Made by a program: the position numbers and the translations under genes
Part shown: positions 27,735 through 37,738 of the stretch, piece by piece
Layout of the letters: the number at the start of each line of letters is the position of its first letter
How positions within the stretch are numbered: position 1 is the stretch's first letter
Assembly: GCA_040219255.1 (NCBI GenBank)
Contig: JAVJSW010000011.1
Coordinates: forward strand, 28,414-92,413
DNA length: 64,000 bases
Origin: Sumerlaeia bacterium
GTDB lineage: Bacteria; Sumerlaeota; Sumerlaeia; SLMS01; JAHLLQ01
Direction of reading: 5' to 3'
The notes under the pieces: generated by a model
Told to the model about the DNA's origin: nothing
The model's input: the letters and a program-made list of their open reading frames with translations, nothing else
The model's database searches: none

Positions 27735-28484
27735 ATGAGTGAACACACGAAAGAACTAAGCGGCAAAGTCGCCATCGTCACCGGCGCCGGTAAAGGCATC
27801 GGCGCCGCCATCTCCCTGGAGTTGGCGAACTTAGGCGCCGCCGTCGTGGTGAACAGCGCCAGTGCGTCCTGCGAGAAAATCGCCGGGCAAATCACCGCCG
27901 CGGGCGGCACCGCCAAAGCCCTCGCCGGCGACGTCGCCAGCAAAGAAACCGCCGAATCGCTGGTCGCCGCGGCCCAGGAACTGGGCGGACTGCACATCCT
28001 GGTCAACAACGCCGGAATCACCCGCGATGGGCTGCTGATGCGCGCCAAGGACGAGGACTGGGACGCCGTGCTGGACACGAACCTGAAGAGTGCGTTCATG
28101 CTGGCTCGCGCCGCCTGCCGCCCCATGATGAAGAACAAATGGGGCCGTATCGTGAACATCACGTCCATCGTCGGCCTGATTGGCAACCCGGGCCAGGCCA
28201 GCTATTGCGCATCGAAGGCGGGCATGGTGGGCCTCACCAAGTCCCTCGCCAAAGAACTCGCCAGCCGCAACATCCTCGTCAACGCCGTCGCCCCCGGCTT
28301 CATCCAGACCGCCATGACGGACGCGCTGAACGAAGAGCAAGCCGCCGCCATCACCGGCCAGATTCCCCTGGCGCGCTATGGCCAGCCCGAAGACATCGCC
28401 AACGCCGTCGCCTTCCTCTGCACCGACCGCGCCGCCTACATCACCGGTCAGGTGATCGAAGTCACCGGCGGCCTGGGGATGTAG
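27735..28484 (+). CDS. fabG: 3-oxoacyl-ACP reductase
   Basis: TGAGKGIG, NNAGITRD, YCASK, NAVAPGFI, YITGQ; follows fabD. Confidence 0.95.
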   Translation: MSEHTKELSGKVAIVTGAGKGIGAAISLELANLGAAVVVNSASASCEKIAGQITAAGGTAKALAGDVASKETAESLVAAAQELGGLHILVNNAGITRDGLLMRAKDEDWDAVLDTNLKSAFMLARAACRPMMKNKWGRIVNITSIVGLIGNPGQASYCASKAGMVGLTKSLAKELASRNILVNAVAPGFIQTAMTDALNEEQAAAITGQIPLARYGQPEDIANAVAFLCTDRAAYITGQVIEVTGGLGM

Positions 28485-28505
28485 GCGCCATCACGGTGAA
28501 CCCCC

Positions 28506-28889
28506 TCAAACCTCGACCCCGAAAACCACCAGGATATGCGGCAGCATCATGTTGCCGAACATCAACGCCCACACCACGAAACACATCATCGTCTCGCGCA
28601 GGATGTAGCTGGTGAAAGTCCAGCGCGCCTCGAGTCTGTCGAGCACGCGGGGCGTCGAGACAATGAGGCTGGTCGGGATCATGGAGTTCGTAAACGCGAA
28701 GCGCTTCGTGATGCGCCCGCGCTTGAACCCCAGAATCAGCCGCGCCGCCCAGAAGACCGGAAAGACCATCAGCAGACTGAGCTGAAACGCCAGTGCCGAC
28801 GTAACGAACGGCAGCATCAGCAGGTACAGAAACAGATGGATTCCGAGGGCCACGGCGAGAAAGATCGCCAGCGAAGTGAACGTCTTCAT
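28506..28889 (-). CDS. Hypothetical membrane protein (127 aa)
   Basis: GGAGG RBS before ATG; MKTFTSLAIFLAVALG, about three hydrophobic segments; 3' part of the 685-aa ORF. Confidence 0.65.
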   Translation of the reverse strand: MKTFTSLAIFLAVALGIHLFLYLLMLPFVTSALAFQLSLLMVFPVFWAARLILGFKRGRITKRFAFTNSMIPTSLIVSTPRVLDRLEARWTFTSYILRETMMCFVVWALMFGNMMLPHILVVFGVEV

Positions 28890-29021
28890 CGGACCTCCCG
28901 AGTCTTGCGCAGAGCCTAAGTGAGGATCGCTCGCCTGATCTATTTCAACAGCTGCCGGGATTGCAAGGAAGTTGCCCTGCTGCTCTTGCCGCAAACTCTT
29001 TTCGCCAGAGAGGTTCTCAGC

Positions 29022-29735
29022 ATGGAACGCACACAGGTCGCCGGGATGGATGGCTGCAAGGGAGGTTGGCTCGTCGTTACATGGACGTTGGCCGAAGACG
29101 AGAGCTTCGAAGCGTTCTTCGCTGCGACCTTTCGCCAAGCTCTCGAACGGCTGCGCGATGCGACAATCCTGGCGGTGGATATGCCCATTGGTCTCCTGGA
29201 CGCGCAGCAGCCTGGGGGCCGGTCTTGTGATCAGGCCGCGCGCCGCCTTCTGACAGGACAAACGTCCAGCGTCTTCTCCGCCCCCATCCGAGGCGTGCTG
29301 TCGGCAGAAAACTACCAGGAAGCGCTCGCTTTGAGCCGCTCGAGTTCCGAGCACGAAATCGGCCTCTCTCAGCAAAGCTGGAACATCGCGCCGCGCATCC
29401 GAGAGGTGGACGACGTCATGACCCCGGAGCTCCAGCGATGCATCCGCGAGATTCATCCCGAACTCTGCTTTCGCTACCTGAACGCTGGCGTGCGATTGCC
29501 AAAGAAGAAATCGGCGGAAGGCCGCGAGGTGCGTCGAGGCTTGCTTCGCTCGGCTCGTATCACGTCTCTCGAGGAAATCCGCGCCAGTGCGCGCCAAGGC
29601 GCCACCGATGATTTCCTCGACGCCTGCGCCGCCTGCGAGTGCGCCCGGCGCATCCTCGAAGGCCGCGCCCGCCGCGTGCCCGAGGGCGAACCGCCGCGCG
29701 ACAGCAAGGGGCTTCGCATGGAGATGTGGTACTAA
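29022..29735 (+). CDS. DUF429 predicted RNase H-fold nuclease
   Basis: AGMDGCKGGW, VDMPIGL, R.CD..AR, SSVF, EIHPEL.F, DD.LDA. Confidence 0.9.
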   Translation: MERTQVAGMDGCKGGWLVVTWTLAEDESFEAFFAATFRQALERLRDATILAVDMPIGLLDAQQPGGRSCDQAARRLLTGQTSSVFSAPIRGVLSAENYQEALALSRSSSEHEIGLSQQSWNIAPRIREVDDVMTPELQRCIREIHPELCFRYLNAGVRLPKKKSAEGREVRRGLLRSARITSLEEIRASARQGATDDFLDACAACECARRILEGRARRVPEGEPPRDSKGLRMEMWY

Positions 29736-30637
29736 GGAAAACGCACCCGATCCGCCCGCACCACCCACCGCCGCCCCGGCTCGAACAGCAGCGGGATGGC
29801 GTCGCCGGTGCCGATGCGTTCGCCGTGGATATGCAGGTGGGGGCGGGTGGCGCTGCCGGTGGAGCCCACCTCGCCCAGTCGGTCGCCCGGGTCGACGTGG
29901 TCGCCGGCGGCGACGGTGACGCTGCTGGGCGCCAGGTGAGCCAGCCAGACCATGACGCCGGCCGGCGTGGAATTCACCACGTGGTTGCCTTCTGGAGGGC
30001 CCTCGCCGCCGAGCCAATGGCCTTCGGCATGGGCTACGCGGCCGAAGACAGGCGAGAACACGCGCCGGTCTCCGATTCCTACGGCTGGCTCGAAATCGAC
30101 GGCGTAGTTCTGGGATGGGGGTTGTCCGTGATGGGCGTTGGTCCATCGGGTTTTTCCCGCCTGCGCCACCCGCCATTCGCCGGTCAGGGGCGCCGAGACC
30201 ACGAGGGGTTGGGTCAAAAATGGCCGAGTCGTGGCATAGACGCACCACGTCACGATCAGTCCCGCCGTGACGCTTTGCAGAGCGATTCGCAGCCGCCGGG
30301 CCCTCGGCGGGGGAGGGGCGTCTCCCTGCGGAGCAAAAACCGACAGGCCCTCGAAAACCGCCCCCACGGCCCACCCCGACGCCAGCACCCAGAACGCGGG
30401 CCGCGCGATTCCGGGCAGGAGAAGCGCGCTGAGCCAAACCATACCAGCTGCCGCCAGAAGTCCGGGCAACGCCTCCAGCGCCGCGAGGCGTTGCAGACTG
30501 ACGGGCGAGTCGCCTGTGGGGCGAGGCTGACCGTCTTTCCACCAATCGGCGGCACTGAGACACGCGCGAAAAAGTCCCGCTCCAGTCAGAACGGCCCAGA
30601 CGGCGGCTTGCAGGGCAGGCGGCAGATTCAAGTCCAT
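29732..30637 (-). CDS. Membrane-anchored M23 family metallopeptidase
   Basis: N-terminal TMs; YAVDF, GNHV, LAHL, G.VGSTG..T.PHLH. Confidence 0.85.
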   Translation of the reverse strand: MDLNLPPALQAAVWAVLTGAGLFRACLSAADWWKDGQPRPTGDSPVSLQRLAALEALPGLLAAAGMVWLSALLLPGIARPAFWVLASGWAVGAVFEGLSVFAPQGDAPPPPRARRLRIALQSVTAGLIVTWCVYATTRPFLTQPLVVSAPLTGEWRVAQAGKTRWTNAHHGQPPSQNYAVDFEPAVGIGDRRVFSPVFGRVAHAEGHWLGGEGPPEGNHVVNSTPAGVMVWLAHLAPSSVTVAAGDHVDPGDRLGEVGSTGSATRPHLHIHGERIGTGDAIPLLFEPGRRWVVRADRVRFP

Positions 30638-30722
30638 GAAAACAGAGACGCGGCGAGCCGGCCCCGGCGCGGGGCTGTCGACTCGCCGCCCGCTGAAAGG
30701 ACGTGCTCGGTTGGGTCAGTCG

Positions 30723-30914
30723 CTACTCAACGCTGGATTTCTTGGCGGCGTCCTGTTTGGCCACTTTTTGCTCCGCCAAAGGGTCCTTCTTGTCCTCCCC
30801 CTCGACGTGCGGTTCTCCGGGGACGTGGACGTGGTCACCATCGGGCGTCTTGAAAACTTTTCGAAAGAGGCCGAAGAACCGTGGGGTGGTCGTTTGATTG
30901 GAATTCACAGACAT
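30723..30914 (-). CDS. Small hypothetical protein (63 aa)
   Basis: GGGAGG RBS 6 nt before ATG; fills an otherwise empty gap; natural-looking composition. Confidence 0.6.
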   Translation of the reverse strand: MSVNSNQTTTPRFFGLFRKVFKTPDGDHVHVPGEPHVEGEDKKDPLAEQKVAKQDAAKKSSVE

Positions 30915-30990
30915 GGAATGCCTCCCTGTTGAGTTTGAACCCATTGGGAAGGAAAGCACAGCCCGGGCCAGAAGTCTAGAATAACGTCCC

Positions 30991-32466
30991 TTATTCGCCC
31001 ATCGTCACTTCGGCGGCGGGCTCTTCGCCGGGAAGGACGGAGAACTTCACGCCCACGGCGCCGTCGCCCAGCACGTCGGGATCGCCGAGGACATCTTGAC
31101 CTAGGAACTGGACGCCCGTCGAACGAACGCCAGTTTTCTTGGCGAACAGGAACCGCAGGTGCGTTTCCGCCGTGGGCCGGATGGGGCGGACCGCGATGCG
31201 GGCGAAGATACCTTGCGCCCCCAACAAATCCTCGGGACGGGAAGCCCCCACCCGGTATTCGATCAACCCGCGAGTCGGATACACCGCGTTGGCGATGTGG
31301 TAATCGAAGGCGAAATTGTTGCGGAAAAGACCATCCTGGATATTGTGGCCCAGAGTGACCCAATTGTCCAGGTCGTAGTCCAGGATCTCCAACACCTCCG
31401 GGTCGTACTCGAGCATCACAGAAACGCTGTCCATCATCGAATACGCGCTGTTGTCCATCACCAGATCCAGGTAGAACGGCTCGCCCACCACGGGCGTGCC
31501 GGTGGGGGGCAAAATGCCGAGTCGGACGCCGCCCGCGTTCTGGCTGGTGCCGACATAGAGCAGCGCGTCCTCCTCGTCGATTTCCGCGTCGTCCGGATCT
31601 TCCGGGCTGATCTGCACACCGATGCTCAGGGTGCCGTCGCCCACGGCGTAGGGCTGGCCGAGCATCGGCTGATCGTTCACAAACATCTCACTGTATTGGC
31701 CTTCGGCGGTCATGCCAAAGTCGATGCGTGTGTAGCGCGTCGGCTGCTTCGGTTCCCAGCGAACCGCCAGCATGGGGCTCTTCAACTCGCGGATCGGCTC
31801 CGCCAGTTCCGCTTCGTAGATCAACCGCCCAAGCCGGCGATCCACGACCACGCGCGGCTCCGCCGCCAGAAACTCCGCCAAGGTCCGGTCGTTGACTTGC
31901 TGAGGATTGAGAAACGCCGGGTTATAGGCCAGCACGACGCGCACGCCGTCCAACTCTTCGTTGCCCGGGTTCATCAACATAATGTCGGTGAAGAAGGGCT
32001 CGCCCTCCGTCGCATCGATATCGCTGAAGCTATCGTCGCCTTCCGGCGCGAGGCGGAGCAGCACCGTATCGCCGCCGCCCGACAGGCTGAGTTGGCCCAG
32101 GGGAGCGGCGGTGCTGCCGGCGCCGGGCCGGGCGCGTTCCGGGGGGCGTTGGCTTTCGCGGTCGCGGCCCCGGCTCCGGCCCCGGCCTTCTCCGCCGCCC
32201 CGGCGGCGCTCACCGCGCTCGCGCTGGGCCTGCTCGTTTTCGCCTCCGCCGCCGGACCGTTCCGCCGGGTTCTGGCGGCGCTGATTGTCGTCCGCGCCGC
32301 CGGGGCTGCGGCGCCCCGGATTGGCCTCGCCCTGTTGGGGGAGGGGTGGCGGCGTCGGCTCCCGATTGTCCTCGCCCTGGTCTTGGGCGAGCAGGAGTCC
32401 AGGCACTACGAGCGCCATGCAGAGCATTGCGAGCGTCACCGTTCGCTTCCAGGCCAGTTTCTTCAT
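30991..32466 (-). CDS. Secreted protein with two tandem cohesin-like domains
   Basis: Signal peptide, disordered R/G/Q linker, duplicated GEPF..D..M.N..D.V.V.L.Y(N/D)P..L and LG.P..GDG motifs. Confidence 0.72.
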   Translation of the reverse strand: MKKLAWKRTVTLAMLCMALVVPGLLLAQDQGEDNREPTPPPLPQQGEANPGRRSPGGADDNQRRQNPAERSGGGGENEQAQRERGERRRGGGEGRGRSRGRDRESQRPPERARPGAGSTAAPLGQLSLSGGGDTVLLRLAPEGDDSFSDIDATEGEPFFTDIMLMNPGNEELDGVRVVLAYNPAFLNPQQVNDRTLAEFLAAEPRVVVDRRLGRLIYEAELAEPIRELKSPMLAVRWEPKQPTRYTRIDFGMTAEGQYSEMFVNDQPMLGQPYAVGDGTLSIGVQISPEDPDDAEIDEEDALLYVGTSQNAGGVRLGILPPTGTPVVGEPFYLDLVMDNSAYSMMDSVSVMLEYDPEVLEILDYDLDNWVTLGHNIQDGLFRNNFAFDYHIANAVYPTRGLIEYRVGASRPEDLLGAQGIFARIAVRPIRPTAETHLRFLFAKKTGVRSTGVQFLGQDVLGDPDVLGDGAVGVKFSVLPGEEPAAEVTMGE

Positions 32467-32519
32467 CGTCCGTCTCGTCTCTCGGGTGAGGTCAATTTCT
32501 TCAATGGGGCCGCCATCGC

Positions 32520-32957
32520 TTACCAGGTGCAACCCGTCGCGGCGTCGAAGACCGCGTCGGACTGAATGTCCACGATCGCGATGCGGTCGTCTTTCGTTCG
32601 GTTCAAAAAATCCTCGAGCATCACTTCGTCCCAGCCATCGCAGACCAACTGCATCCCCTCCTCGAACTCGTACTCGAAAATGCCATCGATCAGATCGTCG
32701 TAGCTGTCCGCATTGTCCGGGTATTTTTCCAGGTAGGCTTCCCGGCTGGCGATTCCCCGTTCGGCCAGGAACCAGGGCTCGGCGATCAGCGCGTGCAGCT
32801 CGTCCCGGGAAATCGACCGGTTATAGAAACGCGGCGGAATCGGCAACGCTTCTGCCGTGCGGAAGTAAGTCTCCGCTTCCTCGCTCTCCATGAAGGCCCG
32901 GACATCGGCCGCCGTGGCGCCCTGGTTCAATTGGAGGATGTAAAGGTCTGCGCTCAC
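32520..32957 (-). CDS. Hypothetical acidic protein
   Basis: Natural globular composition; co-oriented between the SBP and cohesin genes; GTG start inferred. Confidence 0.65.
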   Translation of the reverse strand: MSADLYILQLNQGATAADVRAFMESEEAETYFRTAEALPIPPRFYNRSISRDELHALIAEPWFLAERGIASREAYLEKYPDNADSYDDLIDGIFEYEFEEGMQLVCDGWDEVMLEDFLNRTKDDRIAIVDIQSDAVFDAATGCTW

Positions 32958-33025
32958 AACACTCTCCCGGGTTCCATTTGCATTCTTTTCCCGCCGCCGG
33001 GCCTGTTGAAGCAACCCCTGATCGC

Positions 33026-34105
33026 TTACTCGGCCAACATTTCCACCAGCGCTTCATTCGCCGGGGCCAGGGCATCCGCCACCGCTTCCCAGTCGATGTC
33101 GAGGACTTGGTTGGCAGGTAGCTCTGGCAGCTCAGGCGGGCCAGGAACGCCCGCGCGCACAGGAATTTGCGCCGAGCGCGATTGCGCCAGTTTGGCTTCC
33201 ACTTTCTCGGAAAGCAGATAATCGATCAGCGCCTTGCCTTCCTCGGGGTGCGGCGCTCCCGCGATCAGCGTCACCGTGTTCGGGATCAGCATCACGCCAT
33301 TGCGCTCTGCTTCCGATGGCAGGGCGTCCGCGTACACAATGTCCACCGGCTTACCATCGGCGATGGCGCCAAAGGCGTCGTCCGTATCCGTCCAGCACCA
33401 AGCCACCGCCCCATCGGCCGCGGCGTCGCGGGCCTGGGCGTTGCCCGCTTCCATCACGGCGTTTTCCAGGGCGCCGGTCCAGAACTCGCGGAAGGCTTCC
33501 TCGCCCACGATGGCCCAGATCGCAGCCGCGTGCGTGTTCGTCGTGCCGAAGAGGGGCTTGGCAAAGGCCGCGCGGCCGCGCCATTGCGGATCGGTCAGCG
33601 CCGACAACCCGGTGGGATAATCGCCATCGGGTATGAGTTCCGAATTTGCGCAGATCACCCGCGCCCGCGCCGCGAAGCCGGTCCAATGATTGTCCGGATC
33701 GCGGAAGGTGCGCGGAATGTTCGCCGCCGCGGGCGAATCATAAGCCTGCGTGATGCCCTCGCGCTTGAGCTGGATCGAGCGCACGATCTCATTGTTCCAG
33801 AAAACGTCCGCGTTCGGACGGTCCCGTTCCGCGAGAAGACGGTTCACCAGCCCCACGGTTTTCACCGCTTCGCTGTCGTAAACGGCCTTCACGGCGATGC
33901 CGGTTTCCCGCTCGAAGTCCTCGAAAATTGGCTCGGAGAACTGCCGGTCGAGGGCCGTGTACACCACGACTTCGCGGTCTTCATTTGCCGCAGCCGACTG
34001 ATTCGGCTCGGCTTGCGTCGAATCTTCGGCGCCACCGCCGCAGCCCGCCAGCACGGCGCTCAGCAAGACGGCAAGGGAGGTGAAAAAGGCTTTGGGCAAT
34101 CGCAT
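33026..34105 (-). CDS. Fe(III)-type ABC transporter substrate-binding lipoprotein
   Basis: Lipobox LAGC; VVVYT, FERETGI.V, ADVFW, W.GF..RARVI, TDTDD, LIDYLLS. Confidence 0.88.
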   Translation of the reverse strand: MRLPKAFFTSLAVLLSAVLAGCGGGAEDSTQAEPNQSAAANEDREVVVYTALDRQFSEPIFEDFERETGIAVKAVYDSEAVKTVGLVNRLLAERDRPNADVFWNNEIVRSIQLKREGITQAYDSPAAANIPRTFRDPDNHWTGFAARARVICANSELIPDGDYPTGLSALTDPQWRGRAAFAKPLFGTTNTHAAAIWAIVGEEAFREFWTGALENAVMEAGNAQARDAAADGAVAWCWTDTDDAFGAIADGKPVDIVYADALPSEAERNGVMLIPNTVTLIAGAPHPEEGKALIDYLLSEKVEAKLAQSRSAQIPVRAGVPGPPELPELPANQVLDIDWEAVADALAPANEALVEMLAE

Positions 34106-34225
34106 CGGGAATTCTCCTGCGGTCAAAGTCGGAAACCGGACCAGACAACACAGCGCAAGGTTGGGACCGCAACCGGGATCGGGATTGAGGAGGCGGTGAG
34201 TCCGGAACCTATCAATGAATTTTCT

Positions 34226-34326
34226 TGGCCACAGATGGACGTGGATGGGAGCGGATGGGATGGCTGTGCCGCGAGAACGGTGGCAGTATAACCAACCATC
34301 GGTGCCATCCGCGCGATCTGCGGCCA
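34226..34326. repeat. Palindromic intergenic element, copy B
   Basis: TGGCCACAGATGGACGTGGATGGGAGCGGATGG..CCATCGGTGCCATCCGCGCGATCTGCGGCCA; termini 10/11 complementary. Confidence 0.65.
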
Positions 34327-34353
34327 GCAAGAGCAGGCCTCCCCGCCCAACTC

Positions 34354-35550
34354 CTAGATGCCATCGGCGAACTGGTAGGTCGTCTCCCGCGATTCCGACT
34401 TCGGCGCCACCATATAGCTGCCGGCCAGCACCCGTTCGTACAGGCGCTCATACTGGGGGATGATGATGTCTTGCAGGTAGAGGTCGTGGACTTCCTGGCG
34501 GGCGGCCTGGCCGATGCGGTGGGCGAGGGCCTCGTCCCTGAGGACACGGACGCCAAGGGCGGCCATGGCGTCCACGTCGCCAACGGGTGCCAGGAAACCG
34601 GTCTCGCCGTGTCGGATAACCTCGTTGAGGCCGCCCGACGCGCTGGCCACGACAGGAATTTCGCAGGCCATGGCTTCGAGCGCCGCCAGGCCGAAGGACT
34701 CGTACTCGCTGGGGAAGAGGAACAGGTCGGCGCAGGACATGAAGATCTCGATGGCGTCCTGTTTGCCGAGAAAATGCACGTCGTGGGAAATGCCGAGGCG
34801 GCAGGCCAGATGGGCCGCCCGGTCGCGGTCCGGCCCGTCGCCCACCATCACCAGAACGGTGGGCACTTCCTGGCGGATCCTGGCGAAAATCCGCACCACG
34901 TCCTCGATGCGCTTCACCGGGCGGAAGTTGGAAATATGGAGGGCGATTTTCTCGCCGTTGGGCGCGAAGACCGAGCGCTTGCAGGGCGTAAGGCCACGGC
35001 GGAACTTCGCCACGTCCACGAAGTTCGGGATGATTTCGATGGGGCGCTTGATGTCGAAGACCCGCACCGTTTCGTCTTTGAGCCATTGTGACACGGACGT
35101 CACGGCGTCGCTGGCGTTGATGGCATAGCGCGCCACGGGGAAAAAGGACGCCGCCTGACCGACCAGCGTGATGTCGGTCCCGTGGAGCGTGGTCACGACC
35201 TTGAGCGGCCGCGCCAGCCCGCCGTTGGCTGCCTCGCGGGCCAGAAAGGCGCTGATCGTATGTGGGATCGCGTAGTGGGCGTGAATGATTTCCAGCCCCG
35301 TTTCCTGCGCCACCTGGATGATCTTGCTGGCCAGAGCGATCCCGTACAGATTCCCGTTCAGGACGGGGTATTCCAGGGTTTGCACCTCGTGGAATCGGAC
35401 GTTCGCCTCCGGGTCGTGGAGGAGGCGGAAGGGCACCTCGGACGAGATGAAGTGGACCTCGTGGCCGCGGCGGGCCAGGAACCGTCCGACTTCCGTGGCG
35501 ACGACTCCGGAACCACCATAGGTGGGGGCGCAAACGATGCCGATTTTCAT
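34354..35550 (-). CDS. bshA: N-acetyl-alpha-D-glucosaminyl L-malate synthase
   Basis: MKIGIVC.PTYGGSGVVATE, HAHYAIPH, TTLHGTDITLVG, HISNFRPVKR, ESFGLAALEAM. Confidence 0.94.
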   Translation of the reverse strand: MKIGIVCAPTYGGSGVVATEVGRFLARRGHEVHFISSEVPFRLLHDPEANVRFHEVQTLEYPVLNGNLYGIALASKIIQVAQETGLEIIHAHYAIPHTISAFLAREAANGGLARPLKVVTTLHGTDITLVGQAASFFPVARYAINASDAVTSVSQWLKDETVRVFDIKRPIEIIPNFVDVAKFRRGLTPCKRSVFAPNGEKIALHISNFRPVKRIEDVVRIFARIRQEVPTVLVMVGDGPDRDRAAHLACRLGISHDVHFLGKQDAIEIFMSCADLFLFPSEYESFGLAALEAMACEIPVVASASGGLNEVIRHGETGFLAPVGDVDAMAALGVRVLRDEALAHRIGQAARQEVHDLYLQDIIIPQYERLYERVLAGSYMVAPKSESRETTYQFADGI

Positions 35551-35837
35551 GCGAGAGGGGCTGCTTCCTTGCCGAGGCTTGTCCCGGGGCTTTTCCTCCG
35601 GGCGGGGAAGAGATAGCAAATTCCACGACAGCTTTGCAGCGGTGCAGCGCTTCCGGCCGGGAAAACGCCGCCGGTTGCGACAATTTCCCCCCTGTCATAG
35701 GAAGGAGGGTGCCCGATCGTTCGCTCCTCGGCCCGCTCTCCAGCGCACAAAGCGTCCCGCCGCCTGGGGGGCTTGTGGCTTGCGGATCACGCGCGGGACA
35801 CGTCGTTTATTCCTTTCACGAAGCCCAAGGGCCGGAT

Positions 35838-36638
35838 TCAGCCGCCCGAGGCCAAATCCCCCAGCCCGCCCAACAAATCCCCCGCAGTCTCCAGAACAGC
35901 CCCGCCAAACGCCAGAACGTCCAACAGAATCGTCAGCGCGATTCCGATGACGGCGATGACGACGACAAGGAAGAACCCGCTCACCAGCAGGCCGATCACC
36001 CAGGCCCACGGACCCAGCAACGCCAAGAGAATCAAGCCTATATCCAGCACGAAAAACAAGATCGACGTCACCGTCAGCGACGCGCGGAACGCCCCCGGCT
36101 TGACCATCGCGGCCAGGAACAGGGCGCCGAAGAAGAGCAGGCTGGCGCCGAATACCCATCGCAAACCGCCGAGCAGATTCGCGAGGGCTTCCTCGTAGGC
36201 GGTTTCGAGTTCGGCGCCGAAGGCAGCGGCGGCTGTCGATTCTTCCTCTGAATAGTCGCTCCGGAAGGGGCCTTCGCCCTCCCCTGAGAGGCGCCCGGCG
36301 ACGTAGCGCGCGGCCAGATCGTCCTTGTTCCGGCGCAGGGTCTTCTCCGCGTCGGCGGTGGCTTCCTCTTTTCCAAAGAGGCCGCCGAGCTTGGCTTTCA
36401 GCGAATCCGCCTGTTCGCCCACAAGCGAGTCCACCAGCCCCGTCCCCTCGATGTGGCTGGCGGTTTCCTCCGCCAGATGCTCCTCCGCCCGGGCCGCGTA
36501 GAAACTTGGCGCCGCCCAGGTCAGGATCAGGGCCAGGAGAAAGAGCGCGCTCGCGGCGCCAGCCACACAGCGCAGGACCAGGGGTTTACGCGTGGCGGGC
36601 GGGGGAGTGGTGGCTGTGGGTTGGGTGGTGGAACTCAA
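35838..36638 (-). CDS. Hypothetical multi-pass membrane protein
   Basis: N-terminal TM, soluble helical loop, C-terminal TMs; similar to the adjacent gene. Confidence 0.75.
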   Translation of the reverse strand: MSSTTQPTATTPPPATRKPLVLRCVAGAASALFLLALILTWAAPSFYAARAEEHLAEETASHIEGTGLVDSLVGEQADSLKAKLGGLFGKEEATADAEKTLRRNKDDLAARYVAGRLSGEGEGPFRSDYSEEESTAAAAFGAELETAYEEALANLLGGLRWVFGASLLFFGALFLAAMVKPGAFRASLTVTSILFFVLDIGLILLALLGPWAWVIGLLVSGFFLVVVIAVIGIALTILLDVLAFGGAVLETAGDLLGGLGDLASGG

Positions 36639-36648
36639 TGGGGACTCG

Positions 36649-37713
36649 CTAACTGAAAATTCCGGAGAGGATGTCGCCGAGGGCGGAGAAGACTCCTTCT
36701 ATCAATCCGGCGGTCATTTCCGCTCCGGCGGCAACGGCTTCGGCTCCCACCTCGGCAATGGAGGACCCGGCCTCCGCCACGTTACCCAATGCCACGACGC
36801 CTTCTAGTCCCAACTCCGCCGCCCCTTCCGCGATGGCAGCGGCGTATTCGCCGCTTTGCGAGGGCTGCACCGCCAGCCGCGCCGGGTCGGGCGGGGCGGT
36901 TGCCGAGCCGAAGAACAGAAACAGGGAGCCTGCGCCGGCCCAGGCCACGACGCCCCCGACCTTTGAGGTGACGGCGCCGACGAGAAACGGCGCCCCGGCG
37001 GCCAGGCCCACGATGGCGGCCAGCCCGACGAGACCGAGGATCACGCTGAGCCCCAGCATCGGCGACCAATCGCGCGGCTTGCTGGCGTAAGTGTAGTAAA
37101 AACAGAGGAAAAGCGCAATCAACCCGCTGAACCCAAGGACGGTGAAACCCGACACGATGGCCACCTTCCGCTCCGCCACCGCGGCGTCCATTTCCACCTG
37201 CCAGGGCACCAGCAGTTCCGACTGGCTGGAGATGCGCTCGAGGAAAAAGATCTCGTCGAACCGCTCCGCCGTCAGGATCTCGCGCCAGAGAGCCACCTCG
37301 ACGGTACTCTCCGAGACGGTGCCGCGTTCGAGAATGAACGCGACCGTCGGATCGATGAGGGCCTGAGGCTGAGCTATGATCTTCTTGATCTCGCGTCCGT
37401 CTTCCATGCGCTGGGTGCGCAGGGCGTCGAGCGAATCGTTGAGCCTGGTGAGGGAACTCTTGAGCGAGTCGAGCCGCGACTCGATGCGCTCGCCCTGCAC
37501 CTCGATCTGCATGACGAACTGGGTCACGCGGGATGGCTCGAACTCCTTGGCGATGTCATCGGCGATCCAGGCGCCGGCGCGGCTGGTCAGGACCGACGGC
37601 ACGGCGAAGCTGAGCACGAGAAGGGCCAGCATAAGGGCCATGCCGATGCCTAGAAACCACCGGAGAACCGGCAGCGAACCGTGGTCTTCGGATTGGCGGA
37701 TGCGGCGTTTCAC
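36649..37713 (-). CDS. Hypothetical multi-pass membrane protein with coiled coil
   Basis: GTG after GGAGG; TM, coiled coil, three TMs, Ala/Gly-rich tail. Confidence 0.75.
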   Translation of the reverse strand: MKRRIRQSEDHGSLPVLRWFLGIGMALMLALLVLSFAVPSVLTSRAGAWIADDIAKEFEPSRVTQFVMQIEVQGERIESRLDSLKSSLTRLNDSLDALRTQRMEDGREIKKIIAQPQALIDPTVAFILERGTVSESTVEVALWREILTAERFDEIFFLERISSQSELLVPWQVEMDAAVAERKVAIVSGFTVLGFSGLIALFLCFYYTYASKPRDWSPMLGLSVILGLVGLAAIVGLAAGAPFLVGAVTSKVGGVVAWAGAGSLFLFFGSATAPPDPARLAVQPSQSGEYAAAIAEGAAELGLEGVVALGNVAEAGSSIAEVGAEAVAAGAEMTAGLIEGVFSALGDILSGIFS

Positions 37714-37738
37714 GACAGATCGACCTCCATTTCGAGCC

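Noticed and set aside
28890-30563. Upstream part of the 685-aa minus-strand ORF
   Set aside because: Overlaps the DUF429 and M23 genes with low-complexity translation; only the last 127 aa have an RBS and natural composition
34106-34225. Riboswitch or Fur box upstream of the Fe(III) SBP
   Set aside because: No recognisable cobalamin, TPP or Fur consensus by eye
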